Below, in pieces: positions 13,503 through 25,333 of a DNA stretch of 64,000 bases. Under the pieces are notes generated by a model. It worked only from the letters and a program-made list of their open reading frames with translations. It was not told the origin of the DNA and made no database searches. The DNA is taken from contig MU058221.1 in assembly GCA_013265495.1 (NCBI GenBank), positions 3,846,001 to 3,910,000 on the forward strand, read 5' to 3'. Made by a program: the position numbers and the translations under genes. Each line of letters begins with the position of its first letter. The stretch's first letter is position 1. Origin of the DNA: Vicugna vicugna (Eukaryota).

Positions 13503-15665
13503 TGTTCGAGACCAGGTTATTTAGCTGTTCTTGGCTGTTCTTTATTCTTTACCAATGGCCTGTTCACAGTTTCAGTTTGTATCAGATCCCACATTCTAAA
13601 GATGTTGTTATACCCTAAAGTCACACTGTAACTTCATTCTGTGAAATTAGAGGTGGCTTAATTCAAAGCATACAAAGCCGGGCTTTAGATTGCATTTTAA
13701 TATATTTCAGTTCATATGTTTTCAACACTTGGTCCAAAACACTGTTGGGGCCTTTTGATATTAGAGTTGACAATTTAAAAAAAAACTTATCTTTTAATCA
13801 GATGTGAACAGTAAACATAAAGATTACAAAATGAAATAAATATCATGAGAGTAATTAATGTAATAGGGCTTAAAATAAAGGCAAATTCTCTCCAACTGTA
13901 GTTTCTGGAAAGGGCTCCAAGGTCCAGGTCACGTCAGGTTTTGGGGAATTATGAGACAGACAGATGGCGAACTAGAAGTCAGAATGGCTCTTTCCCCTAC
14001 AAACAGCGAACGCACGTATAAGATGACACACATACAATTACAATGAGAAAGACAAATTGTTGAAAATTTATTGACTGGTCAAAATTATATGACTGTTCAA
14101 ATTTGCCTGGAGCGCTAAATAATTTACAATCTATATATCTACCAGTAATTGCAACCAGTAAGTCTACGCAAATCCAAGACAGAAAAAAACAGAAAGCACC
14201 TACCTATTGAAACAGATCTTGAAATTCAAACTCTATAGACATCGATGGGGCAGTGATATATGTGTTTGGTTATAGATAAAATATAAAGAATAGTAACTGT
14301 GAAATATTTAATGGTTTCAGATTATACTTTAATAAAATGCCCAATTTTATTGGCAAATATACTTTTATTATTAATAATTTTATACATCATTATATTATTA
14401 AAGCAAAACTGAAACTGAATCCAAGCTGAAGTTGCAAATTCTATTCACTATAGTTTTGTTTCTGAATGTGACCTAAGTCATCAAATTGTGGCATTATAAA
14501 GCCATGGTGGGCTATTGATTATATTCTGTAAAAGTTGCTTAAAAGTTTAGAAGTTATATGTATATATATATGTATGTATATACACATATACTTAATTATA
14601 CAGGCAACACATATATAAGTGGGTAAAATATCCCTGACTCGGAACGAAATAAATATTTTAAAGAGCAAAATAGCATAATTCATTTACATGAATAGGTTTG
14701 ATAATTAAGGCTTGTAACCTCTACCAAGTGTCTATGGCAAAAGTCCATCATTTGAGCATCTAGCAAGTAAAAAGTACTTGATAAATGTGGGTCAGAAAAT
14801 GAGAAAGTGAATGAATGAATGCATACAAATTGTGAAAAATTCACAAAAGGCAAAAGCATACTTTAAAACGACAGTACTTCATGGAACAATGAAGTGTTGA
14901 CTACCTACAAAAATTCACCTGGAATATTTATGTTTGAAACATTCATAATTTCAATCAATATGTTTCCAGCTGATACCCTTTCAACTAATGGTTTCTACTC
15001 TGCTTGTATATTGAAAATCCAAAACAGGAAGGAATTCCTAGGCAATTTAATCAAATATGTTTAAGATATGGAGAGATATGGGTGGATATTGGTGACTGAA
15101 CATATTAATAATGAGAGCTGATGCTTGTTTAATTATTAGCCAGTTTTAGGGTAAGCTGATTCCAAAACTCATAAGATATACAGTCTTGTTATTCATCCTT
15201 TCATGATTTATAATTGGGTCTCTCCCTTTCAGGTGTCCTTTCTTGAAAATATCATTTGCATACGTCATGCCAGTAGAACAAGGGTACTAAGTTGTCACTG
15301 CCCCGTGACTAAAATGTCCCCGCCCATCTTTGACAGTCAGAGCTGACAAATCACTCTCCATGCGATCACAGTTGTGTCTGAGTGCCCCAACCTCCGGACA
15401 CCTGAATCCAGGACTCCAGGTTGCCTCTAACACCACTGAAAAGTGGAATTCCTAAAAGGCCAAGCAGCACGCGTTGGCATCATGTTGTGTTTGCTTCTTG
15501 GTTCATGCCACTTGTCAGAACTAAATCCTGTGGCCACCCAAGGCAGATTGCAAGCCCAGAATACGCCTTGCACTTCCACATTGGTGCACTGTATCCACTG
15601 TAAAAGACGAGGTCAGTGACTGCAAGGCTGGAAGCGATGTGTGAGCAGAGATCTGTGGATTGACT

Positions 15666-15977
15666 CTTTCTTTCCTTCTTTTCTTTTCTTTTCTTTTCTT
15701 TTCTTTTCTTTTCTTTTCTTTTCTTTTCTTTTCTTTCTTTCTTTCTTCCTTTCTTTCTCTCTTTCTTTCTTTCTTTCTCTTTCTTTCTTTCTTTCTTTCT
15801 TTCCTTTTCTTTCTTCCTTTCTTTCTCTTTCTTTCTTTCTTCCTCTTTCTCTCTTTCTCTCTTCCTTCCTTCCCTTCTTTCCTTCCTTTCTCCCTTCTTC
15901 CTTCCTTTATTCCTTCCTTCCTTTATTCCCTCCTTCCTCTCTCCCTCTCTCTCTCATTCTTTCATTTTTTTTTTTCT
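15666..15977. repeat. Compound pyrimidine microsatellite (TTTTC)n/(TTTC)n/(TTCC)n
   Basis: About 310 bp of almost pure C/T; accounts for ORFs 15641-16063 and 15660-16019. Confidence 0.97.
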
Positions 15978-16999
15978 GTTTTGGACACTGTCTCGCCATT
16001 TCTCCACTTGAGAAAATAGCCCTGCCGCCCTCCTTTCTAATTAAATTAATTAGCCCTTCCTAATAATTAAATTAATTAGTCTTTTTCTAGGTTTTATCTG
16101 GCATTCTTAGCCATTGTTTGTAAAACTTCGAAACAGGTTTCCACTTTCCAGCACAGATTTTTTTAGGAGTTAAATATTCTGCCACTGGATATGGAGGGGA
16201 AAAAAAAACCCCACAATTGTCTCCCATTTATAACCACAATAATGTTCACAAGCCTTCATTACTGGAAATATGCTCAAATGACATTCAGAATTTTTCAAAG
16301 AGGGAAAGTGGAGAAATTGGGAATAAAACTTTGTTAAAAATATGATAATATGAGAACAGAAAATGGTTATTAAAAATTCAGAGCTATGGAGATAAAGTTT
16401 GCCGAGCGCTCCCGGGAATTAGAGAGCCTCATTATTCGTGCATTAAATGCTGAACTTGAAGAGACTGCATTCATACAGAGATGAAGATTGCCAGCCAAGC
16501 TTCACGTTCTATAAACACGGATTAACAATTAGTGTTTCTTTCCTGGAACTTCAAACTGCGCCCTGCAATTGCAAACTATAAATGTATGCGAGAGGCTTAA
16601 TAATCATTTATGCTCACTGCAGTAGCTGTGCAGGGCAGGGCAGCCAGTGGGAAGATCTGGGCTTCTCTGGACAAAGAAGAGGGAGAACCAGCCCCCAAAT
16701 TTTGGACTGAAAGTATTAAGGGCAACATGTCTGATCTCTGAATAAACGTCTATCAAGGGGGTATCAACATATCAATTTTTTTCTATACTGTTGTACAGAC
16801 TTTATAGATTAAAGAAAGCTTTATAAAATAAGAAATTAACAAGATACATTTCCAGAATGTTCTAAACATTTTCGATAGTCATAGAATTTTAATGTAAATG
16901 ATGGTTATAACTGAAATTTTTTTTCACTATAAATAGTCCTCCCCAATACCCTCCCTGTTTTTTGCACTACAGATTATCTCCTTATTATCTCTCAGTCTG

Positions 17000-17780
17000 G
17001 TTTTTCCTTCCCTTCCCACTATTGAAATAGCTTCTCAGAACTCCACAGTATCTCCCAACTGTCTCAGTTTTCTCCATAATTATTCTTGGTTAGTTACTTT
17101 CATCATTTAAAAGTTGATTAGTTAGCTGCATAACTTGTCAGGCTTCCCAACGTTCTTCATTACGTTTCCATGGTATTACAGCGTGATCGGGTATTTCCTC
17201 TTTCTCTAAGCATGATTTCCTTTCCTGCTCTGTTTGCGTTCGTTCTTAATTCATTGGAAAAGAGTGCAGCCCTGAAGATTAGTGCCCAGAGACCAGCACT
17301 CGAACCTTCATCCTTTTAATCATTCTTGCTTCAAAGTACATAATCACATCCATGGTTACAAGTTGTATCTCGATTCGAGTTACATCCAAATCTACCTTCT
17401 GTTGTTCTAGTTCTGAGCAATCACTCACTTTTTGCGTCTTCAGCAAAATGGCATCGCGCATCTCTTATGCAACTGGACTAAACCTGAGTAGTAACCATCC
17501 TCCTCTTACATCCCATTCCTACTGACTGAAAAACAATGTTAATGGTGCCATCGGTCTTTGAGTTAAACAGACTTAAAACTATGTGCATCTATATTCACTG
17601 TTTACTTATATGAAAGCCTAAAATCGGATTTCATCCCAATCTCTTGCAGATATTCTCAAATTAGCACTTATTACTTTATGCTTCCTTTATTACCAAATAG
17701 CAAATAATTACCTAATATCAGATATTCTCACCATCCTATGCCATGCTATAACTGATTTACTTCTAACGCTTCCACATACC
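17000..17780 (+). mobile_element. Highly degraded LINE-2 ORF2 fragment
   Basis: Weak L2-like motifs (ACTATTGAAATAGCTTCTC; ATCACATCCATGGTTACAAG; CCAAATCTACCTT). Confidence 0.4.
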
Positions 17781-18019
17781 TTTTCACTACAAAAGAAAAA
17801 GTCAAATATCTATAGGAATCGATAGTAATTTTCAAAACTCTTCCATAGAAAGATCTTAGGCGACCTTTCTCATTTTCTCCGTATTGACCTATTTCATCTA
17901 TTCCTGTGTGTTTGTGTGTTTAACTATTTTAACCATGAGGTGTACATTGATTCATGTTGTCCTGTTGATGTTCTCATTGTAAAAAAATCCAGACGTTCTA
18001 CAGAAAACTGGCTAATTAC

Positions 18020-18342
18020 ATGGATACTAATGTTCTCCTCACATTAGAGAAAGCAGATGGCTATCATCTTAACCAAGTGATTCAAAGGTCATCGATAATG
18101 TGTAAAAATGACATCATGTACATTCCAGTATGTCACCTAGAGGGAAAACGCATTGCCTGGGAAACATGACCACCACAGCGTTCAGCTTGTATCTAACCAT
18201 GAGGAACACAGACAAATGCAAACTGAGGGGCTTCTAAAAACCAACTGGCTTGATTTCTTCAAAAATATCAATGTAATACAAGAGAAAAAAAGGAAAGAAA
18301 TAAGTAAAAGTCTCCTAGATCAAGAAAGACAGAAGAGAAACT
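18020..18342 (+). mobile_element. Old L1 (L1MC/L1ME-type) 3' UTR fragment
   Basis: CATCTTAACCAAGTGAT...TGACATCATGT...ATCTAACCATGAGGAACACAGACAAATGCAAACTGAGGG...CTTCAAAAATATCAATGT. Confidence 0.75.
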
Positions 18343-19205
18343 GAGGGAGTTGCCAAGATGATGGAGTAAGGAGACCCACAGCTCGCCCTCTCCCACAAAT
18401 ACACCGTGAATTACCTCTGCAAACCCACTGAATTGCACAGAACGCCTGCTGAACTCTGGCAGAGTGCCTCTCCCTTTGAAATGCAGGAGGATTCTCACAA
18501 AATCCACTAAGAGGAAAAAAAGAAAAAAGAAAAAACTAAATTTGGTGCAGCGCCGGTCCTGCAGGGAGGGAGTGGCATAGGAGGAAAGGCACCCTCACAC
18601 TGGGACGCCCCCTCTTCAGCCGGGAGGTCAGCAGGGACAGCAGTGGAGCTTCTGAGGCTCGGAGGAGCAAGTGGCAGCTGCTTGGCGGAGAGAATAAGAG
18701 AAGCAGGCACGGAGGGCCCTGCGATGCCCGGCCCTAGGCCCCAGGCGGCAGGGAGGGGCCAGGACTGGCTGCTGGAGATCGCGGAGGAGCCCAGGCAGAG
18801 GCAGCCTCAGGGCACTGGCGGGCGGGGTGAGCTCTGGCTGCGGGGTGTGCAGCACAGAGCAGCCTGGGGCGCCCATGAAAAAGCACCACTGCCGATGTGC
18901 ATGAGGGGAGCCGCTGGACCCCACGCCGCAGACGCCGTCCCTGCTTGGCCCCGCTGTTGGCGTGTTCTCGCGAGAAGAGAGGCGGGGCCGGCGGTAGCCG
19001 TCACCGCTGTGGGGAGATGGGGCCAAAGCAGGGTCCACACCCAGCGGCCTTGCAACTTCATGGCTTATGACCCCGAAGTGGTGCAGAGAGGACGGATGTG
19101 CTCTCTCTGGACTCTATGGACCCCCGCCTCTGGCACACACAGGCCCTCCTGCGCTGTCACACGGAGGCGGGGCCGGTGCACCGACCCGTGGCGCCCCAGG
19201 GGTTC
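18343..19205 (+). mobile_element. Isolated LINE-1 5' UTR (GC/CpG-rich internal promoter) with no ORF1 or ORF2 following
   Basis: Begins GAGGGAGTTGCCAAGATGATGGAGTAAGGAG...CTCTCCCACAAATACACC (L1 5' start with YY1-like CAAGATG); GC-rich continuation; 3' boundary approximate. Confidence 0.8.
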
Positions 19206-19673
19206 AGGTATGTGGCTGCGTGCTCCTCATCATGCGTTATGCGTGTACACATTCTTGACTGTCAGTAAGAACGTGCTTCACTGATTCTATTTTCACCCAT
19301 GGTGTTTGAAGGTGGCTGCTTCCCTTAAAAATTAACTCATGCTAGATTTTTTTTTTAACTTAAGTCTAATTGTTTTTTACTATGATAAAGTGCCTGGTAA
19401 AAGGAATAGACTGCTATTGTTTTCATTTGATTTTTCTGGAATATAAGTTTCAACTGATCATTGAAGAACCACCAACTTCCGGGAGGCGGGGGGGGGGGGT
19501 GAACAAATCATACAAAGCAAGGGGCAGTCTGGCCCAAGGTCTGGCATTCATGGTATCAAGTGGGATTGATGGCAACGTGCCTGTTTTATCAATGACAATG
19601 TTCGTGGTCCGGTTTACCATTCTTTCTCCCAGCAAATGACTTGACAAATCCAAAGACGTAAGTGACCATTACA

Positions 19674-20660
19674 TTTTTTTTCAGATTTATTGTGGTATAA
19701 TTGACAAAACTGAAGTATATTTGAAGAACACAATATGATGGCTTCGTAGATGTGTACATTGTGAAAAGAATTCCTAACCATAGAGCTAACTAAAACATCC
19801 GTTACCTGACATAGTTCAAGTTTACATTCTGTTGGTTACAGCACTCAAAGATAATTTCTTAGCAACTTTAATTTACGCAATACAGTATTACCAACTAGAG
19901 TCATCACGTTATGCTTCAGAAACTTACACCTTACTCGAAACTGAAAGTCTGTCATTTTAGCTACCTCTCCCTGTTGCTTTCAGCACCCACCCTGTGGAAA
20001 CCATCTTCCTACTTTCTGTCTCTGTGAGCTACGGGCTCGACTTTTTGATGATTAATTGATTGACTGATTGATTTGATTCCATATATAGGTGATAACCATG
20101 TAGTATTTGTCCTTCTGTCTCTGGCTTATTTCACTTAGAATAATGTCCAATGAGTTCATCCATGCAACTCACTGCAAATGCCAGAATTCCCTTTATTTTT
20201 AAGGCTGGATAGTATGTATGTATGTATGTATGTATATATTTATTTATTTACACTTCCTTAAATCCATTCACCTGTAGACGAACTCTTAAGTTGCTTCTTG
20301 GCTAATGCGGCAATGAGCATGAGAGTGAATATCTCCTTCAGACAGTGATTTTATTTTCTTTAGACATACATGCAGACATGGGGTGCTGCATCGTATGGTG
20401 GTTCTATTTTTAATTTCTTCAAAGAAAGTTCATGCTGTTTTCTGTCATGTCTGTACCACCTTACATTCCCAGCAACAGTGTGCAAGGTTCCATTAATTCC
20501 GTATCTTCACCAGAATTTGTTATTTGTAGACTGTTTGACGATAGCCATTGTGATGGGTGTGAGATGTGACAGACATCGTAGTGGTTTTGATTTGCGTTTC
20601 TCTGATGGTTAGTGATGTTCACCATCCTTTCGTGTGACTACCTGATATCTGTATGTCTTC
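19674..20660 (-). mobile_element. LINE-1 3' end (L1MA-type)
   Basis: Poly-T, TTTATTGTGGTATAATTGACAAAA..., TGGCTTATTTCACTTAGAATAATGTCC, TTACATTCCCAGCAACAGTG, GGTTTTGATTTGCGTTTCTCTGATG. Confidence 0.92.
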
Positions 20661-20777
20661 AACGTGGTAAGCAATCAGTAAGTGATCGCTGTAATTATTT
20701 ATTAAAATGCATGTATCCTCTACAGGTAGAGAAAATGGCGTACCATTGCTTAAGGTGTCAATTTCTATTTAAGGAAA

Positions 20778-20910
20778 TATTTCCTTGTCCTAGATTGTAA
20801 GCTCCTGAAGTACAGGAAGAATTTCTTAAGCATTTTTTTCAGTCTTGGACTAACCAAATGCCTGCCACAGAGTAAATAAATGCCTATTTATTGAAGGAAT
20901 AAATGATATG
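20778..20910 (+). mobile_element. LINE-2 3' end
   Basis: CTAGATTGTAAGCTCCTGAAG...TGCCTGCCACAGAGTAA...TATTTATTGAAGGAATAAATGA. Confidence 0.7.
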
Positions 20911-21475
20911 AATAAATAATTCACTCAGTTTGCTGTTGGTGCTGAGTACTGTACATGATGATACGTATGGAGAGCAGAGCCAATTGGTAGACAGATTTCC
21001 ATAAAAGTCCATCAAAGCTAAGGCATTAGCACTTGTACTAGATATGCAAATAGACAAATATCTGCTTTAATTAAGGCTGCTGGAAAAATCTCCCTTTCTT
21101 CTCAAATGATCTCTTGGCAGAATGGGATAACTAATGTTTCTTAAATAACAGATACAGTGCGATGTGTCTCAGTGAGGTAAGGAAAGAGGAGAGTCACTCT
21201 AAGTTTTAAGTGACTTGAAAGCAGATTTTTTTTCCCTAAAGCTCGGCTGGGTAGGTATCTGGAAAAGGAGCATCGGGATGTTTAAAGGAGAGTGAGATTT
21301 CCAGTTTATCAGAAGGAAGACAGAGAGAGATAACTATGTATTTTGTGCTAGAATCATTCTGTGGATATCCAGAACATTGATACGTGGGACTAAGTGGTGC
21401 ATGAGAAATTATACCACGTATGAGGACACTGAGGTGGAGACCCCTGGCTTAAACACTGTTCAGCTGTACTGGTAT

Positions 21476-21757
21476 CACTGTTGTCCAGTAGAGTTTTCTG
21501 TCGCAGCAGAAATGTGCCCTGTCAGCATTGTACAAGAAGGCAGCACTAGTCACGTGAGCTACCGAGCACTTAAAATGTTGCTAGCGCAATTCGTAAGCTT
21601 AATTTTTAATGACACTGGAATTTGACACAACACTGTAAAATGATTATGAATCAATAAAAAATGTTAAAAAAAATTTTTAATGAATTAAATGTTCATTAAT
21701 TCAAATTTAAATTTAAATAATCATCTATGGCTACTGACTACTTATTAGATGGTCAAG
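21476..21757 (+). mobile_element. MER3 (hAT-Charlie) element interrupted by a short L1 tail
   Basis: CACTGTTGTCCAGTAGAGTTTTCTG...CACTAGTCACGTGAGCTACCGAGCACTTAAAATG...AAATTTAAATTTAAATAATCATCTATGGCTA. Confidence 0.8.
21613..21671 (+). mobile_element. 59-bp L1 3'-terminal insertion with perfect 12-bp TSD
   Basis: CACTGGAATTTGACACAACACTGTAAAATGATTAT...AATAAA plus A tail, flanked by AATTTTTAATGA at 21601-21612 and 21672-21683; matches the end of the L1 at 41991-42040. Confidence 0.92.
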
Positions 21758-24700
21758 TCTAGATTAGTCTTAAATCTTCAGAACTACGCAAAAGAGAACA
21801 ATCATTTCTCTCACAAGTTCCCCCAGGTTTCGTGCCGTTTTACTTTCTCAATACAATGCAGGATCTTCCAGCATCCCATCTTGGCTCCTGAGCATCCTCT
21901 CTGCTCATTAGCGTAGTGTCAGAGTCCAGTTTCACTCCCCAACGTGTCAGAGGGCAGCGTGCCCACTCTTCCCACGGCTGAAATGCTGTTACAATTAATT
22001 TAACAGAGTTTTATTGTGAACACAAGGGAGTTGGTTTTCAAGGCACTGACTTTATTTTTTTGAAATGAAAATGCACACATTTAAGAACTTCTGTTAAAAA
22101 AAAATGCCTGTCAATTCAATACAAATACAATTAATTTATCAAAGACAACATCCTGATTAAAAACCCCTTCATTGTTATGAATGTATTGAGAACAGTTTTA
22201 CATGCTAGACGCTGGATTGAAAAAAAAATCTTGAGCAACTAGAAATTCCAATTCAAAGATATAAGAAAATACAGTTTTAAAATCCATTCTGAGTTATTTA
22301 ATGCTGCCAAAAATCATGCAATGAAAGCTATGATATCGAATTGCGAAAATAGAGAAGTTATATGCCTTACGACAAAAACCTGGGATTTTCCATTGGTCTG
22401 TAGCCTGAATTATTTTTTTTCTCCTCTCGCTTCTGCGTCTGGAGGGAAAAAAAATGATAAAAACTTCCTAGATGTTAGGGAGCAGGAGATGCTGCAAATT
22501 TCAGTCCCTTCTTGGCTTTAACGCAAAGTAATTAGAGGAAATTCTCTTTAAAGAGATAAAGAGCAAGGCCTGTAACCCCAAGTGAATTCAGATCAGCACC
22601 TTAATTTACCTGAGAAGTCCCGGCGCTGGAGACGTTTGGAAGCAGCAGAAGAGAGGAAGGTGTAAGCTGACATGCTGGGCGATCTGAGTTGTTTAAGGAA
22701 GTATAGACTGTTTAGAACACAAAAAGGGGCACGTGTCTGGACATTCTGTGGAATCTCAGATGAGCGTCAGTGCTCTGTATTATCTATTTTTAAAGCACAT
22801 TATGGACTTGAAAATTCCTCTCTGTGTTGCGTCTAAGTTGGCGATGGGTATACATCTTGGGAAGCACAAGGTGCGCTCATTTTTATTTTGGTGGAAAGTA
22901 ATGAAAGAAGCATTTAGGGCAAGACTCCTAAGGAGGAAGGCAGCACTTTCTATTCACCTATTTTCCTTTCTGAAGCATCAGCTTTTTATTGATCAGTTAA
23001 ATAACTATTTAAATGGGGAAAAATCCTATTTACATCGTAACCATGTTATAAGACATGAGTATGTTGTACTGAAATTATGCACTGTGATTCCATGCTGATA
23101 GTGCTGTCTGTACAGAGAGTCACACACACTTAGAGATGGTAAAATCCTCTGTGCGCTTTGTTGTATAACTCTGTACCCTCATAGTGTCATACAGAGAACA
23201 GACGACTAATAAAATTGTTGTTATTTGATGCACATGTTATTGACAACTTCCCGTCAGTAATACATACGTTTTCCGTCCTGCATTTGACATGCCAGTGAGT
23301 CTGTTCTGTCCAGTTCTCCTTGGCCAGTGAAAATCAGCGAATGCCTGGGGGCAAGTCTGTACCCGTGAATCTTAAGAAATCTTACGAATTTGAGAATTTT
23401 GTTTGATTTGGATTTATAACCTTGTTTCATAGCAGGGCGATATCTGACCTCTTCTATTTGGTGACCAGGAAATACCTGGTAATTTTCTGTTCAGTTGCTG
23501 AAGCTATTAAACATTTCAGAGAAGCTTTCTGCAAAGCATGCTCTGCAAGGCAATTCACAACCTCCTTCCAGTCCAACACAGTGGACAAATCACACTAATA
23601 GTCACGGGCTGGTCTTCCCAGAGGAGCCATTCAACAGGGCCATCTGAAGTCATCCTATTTTTAATCTATTTTGAAAATCAAAGATCCTACCATTTCCGAA
23701 TTTCTTAAGGTCATTGGTCCACTTTATGTTTCCTGTGATAGATAGCCTAATTTAGCTTGGAGGTGAAAGATGCCGTTAAGGAGGCAAAGTGAAGGAAAGA
23801 ACTTTGAGATGCAGAACTTTCAGCTTAAAAGGCTATTAATGACCATAAAGGATGCAACAGCAACAAAAATGTTTCTTTTCATCCTCGCAAGGACTGTAAG
23901 TTGCTAACGGAGGATTCACGGTAACATAGCACTCTGAATTTATGTTAATGGCATATTTGTTATGTTTCCTTTTTCTATTTCCCAGTGAAGTATTTTCAGA
24001 AAAGCTTCTTCAGAGATGGCAGTTGACTTTGTTGTGTGTGTGAGTGTGTATGTGTGTACCTTTGTGTGTTTGTGTCTCTCTGTGTGAAAATTAAACTATT
24101 CAGTATTTTTACTTGTTACAAAGGAGCTTTTACACTGTGTTCCTTCTGTCAATTTCACGTTGTTTGTTTTCCTTATTATAAATAAAAATAGAAGGGAAAA
24201 AACCAAGGCCAGAGGGAAAATCACACCTGGCTGTCACATACTCTTGTGGTGTTTGAGATTGAATTTCTCCTCAACGTTTCAGTCAAGACTTCCTCACCCA
24301 TTGTGTGTTTATACCCCTGGACACTGTGTTCACTGCCTTCCAAGACTGTGGAACATAGTTCGTTTTTGAACATTTCAGGATTTTGAAAAGTTCATTAACT
24401 GAACTGAAACATTTTCCATTTTCACTTATATATGCTAGTCTTGGAACTGTTCCCTGGGACACATAAAACAGGTCTGAACCCCTTTTCCAGATGACTTTTC
24501 TGTTTCCAAATCTTTCACATATTTGATGCTTGTAAGCACGCACCCTGATGAATTTCCACCCCAACCCCAATAAAGTTCCCCACGTTCTACAGAAGTCATA
24601 ATTTTTCACTTTCTCACCATGTTCTCCTTCATATGTGTTGGGGCAGTTAGACTGTATTCTACTCTAGGAAAATGAAGTCTGAATAGAGTTGCTGTGAGTA

Positions 24701-24814
24701 GAGGGAAGGAAAGATCTTTCTGCTCTTCCCTGTTTTTACAAATCATGTATGTGCTTCCCTCTTATCCCACAGGAATCCTTCAAGGTTTTTCCCACTTTTC
24801 ATTTATTGGCTTCT

Positions 24815-25333
24815 TCTCCAAGAAATATGAATACTCATATTTCAAATCCTCAAAGAAGGATTGCGCTGGGCTACTGCAGTAGGTGTCAAGACTATTACAA
24901 CAGTGGGGAGAGACTGAGCTCAACTCCACTGCAATAAAAAGGCAGGAGGACATTTAGGCACTGGGGTGAACTCGAGCATAAGTGTTTTGGAACGTTAGAG
25001 GGGAGGTCGTTCAATACCATTATACCACCTGCATTTGCTAACTGGCATTTGTCAGAGTTAGGATCCTACCTACCTCCCCACGGGTACTGAAGGTCGTGGC
25101 GCCGTCCTTGATGGTTACATTTCAAAAGGCATCATCCCCAGGTCCTCGAAAAGGACATTCTGGGTTGTAAAATAGTCTAGAGTCTGGGATAAAATTTACA
25201 TCTCAAAGAAACAGAGAATTTATAATTATATGTTAGATGTTTTAAGACAAAGGATGCCAGGAGCCGACAGTCAGGAAGAAATCTATCTGACGTTTAGTCA
25301 AGCAGAAGGGAATGTCAAGGCTGGGTTGGTCCA
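24815..25333 (-). mobile_element. ERV1 solo LTR, MER67/MER31-like
   Basis: Reverse complement reads CCTTGACATTCCCTTCTGCTTGACTAAAC...TTCTTCCTGACT...TTTGAGATGTAAAT...GGAGTTGAGCTCAGTCTCTCCCC...TAGTCTTGACACCTA. Confidence 0.75.

Noticed and set aside
18643..19284. 213-aa ORF and overlapping ORFs
   Set aside because: They lie in a GC-rich L1 5' UTR where stop codons are rare, and show no recognisable domain.
19573..19590. Minus-strand ORF 19450-19653 contains DKTGTL, the P-type ATPase phosphorylation motif
   Set aside because: It is followed by P rather than the conserved T. The context (TTNIVI...PSIP) matches no vertebrate P-type ATPase I know, the ORF is short and runs into poly-C, and no other ATPase exons are visible. 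Most likely chance; BLASTX would settle it.
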